The notes under the pieces were generated by a model. That model was not told where the DNA came from. It did not search any database and worked only from the letters and a program-made list of their open reading frames with translations. A DNA stretch of 46,153 bases from a virus (lineage: Duplodnaviria; Caudoviricetes): the IMG/VR virus record IMGVR_UViG_3300024325_000001, positions 1-46,153 of that record. One strand, 5' to 3'. Shown here one piece after another: positions 45,769 through 46,153 of the stretch (the stretch's first letter is position 1; every line of letters starts with the position of its first letter). A program made the translations under genes and the position numbers.

Positions 45769-46153
45769 CACCTGTGACACTTAGCCGCACCCAACCTTAT
45801 CCGTTCTCGCCTGCGGGCGTCTCGGACGCGCTCGACTCGTCGAACGTGATGAAGGGCGCGATGGCGGCGCTGCAGAACCTGATCCCGTATCCCGGCACCA
45901 AAAATCTCTGGAGCTGCCGCCCGGCCGCGATCTCGCGAGTGGACTACTCGCTGATCGGCGGTCCGTTCTCGTCGGGCTTCTCCAGCGGCTTTCAGTTCGG
46001 CCTGCCGGGCGCGGGCTTCATCTCCTGCATCAAGGTGATCGGCAACGTCGTCTATGGCATGATCGCGTCGTCGGTCTTCGCCGGCCATGACTATCCGTTC
46101 GCGTTCAATCTGGTCACCAACACCAATCTGGCCATCACGGGCATTACGGCGGC
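45765..46153 (+). CDS. N-terminal part of the tail/stabilisation protein (continues at 128-1427)
   Basis: GTG at 45765 or 45774; MTLSRTQPYPFSPAGVSDALDS... in frame with ORF 9-1427. Confidence 0.8.
   Translation, partial: MTPVTLSRTQPYPFSPAGVSDALDSSNVMKGAMAALQNLIPYPGTKNLWSCRPAAISRVDYSLIGGPFSSGFSSGFQFGLPGAGFISCIKVIGNVVYGMIASSVFAGHDYPFAFNLVTNTNLAITGITA
46027..46153. repeat. Second copy of the 127-bp terminal overlap
   Basis: Identical to bases 1-127. Confidence 0.97.

Noticed and set aside
46027-46153. End repeat as a biological terminal repeat or att site
   Set aside because: It lies mid-gene and 127 is a common assembler k-mer length, so it is best explained as circular overlap.
1-46153. Stop-codon recoding, introns/inteins, DGR, tRNAs
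   Set aside because: Core genes are intact in the standard code, and I recognised no reverse transcriptase, homing endonuclease, intein motifs or tRNA cloverleaf by eye.

Overview
The window is a complete, circularly permuted genome of a tailed dsDNA phage. Bases 1-127 are repeated exactly at 46027-46153, so the unit length is about 46,026 bp and one tail gene spans the junction. It looks podovirus-like, and the host is probably an alphaproteobacterium (inferred). The + strand late arm (26859 to the end, then 1-10479) carries large terminase, portal, tailspike/fibre genes, lysis genes, scaffold, an N4-gp56-type major capsid, adaptor and tail proteins, a GNAT and three ejection proteins. The - strand early/replication arm (26225 down to 10476) carries HTH regulators, small genes separated by a repeated motif, a DpdA-like transglycosylase, DNA polymerase A, a Cas4-like nuclease, VRR-NUC, an SNF2 helicase, an SSB-like protein and a DUF927 primase-helicase. 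The arms diverge from an AT-rich region packed with GTAGCA repeats. I saw no integrase, tRNA or CRISPR array. Top candidate for an undescribed system: five late, virion-type Ser/Thr/Gly-rich proteins carry Sec signal peptides and paired cysteines. One of them is translationally coupled to a Wzy_C/O-oligosaccharyltransferase-like membrane enzyme whose TPR-like partner is overprinted in the +1 frame. This suggests periplasmic export and glycosylation of virion appendages. Also notable: an unannotated 52-aa HiPIP-like Fe-S protein coupled to polA, a terminase with an apparent second nuclease-like domain, and structured RNA leaders. All functional calls come from motif recognition by eye; no searches were run.
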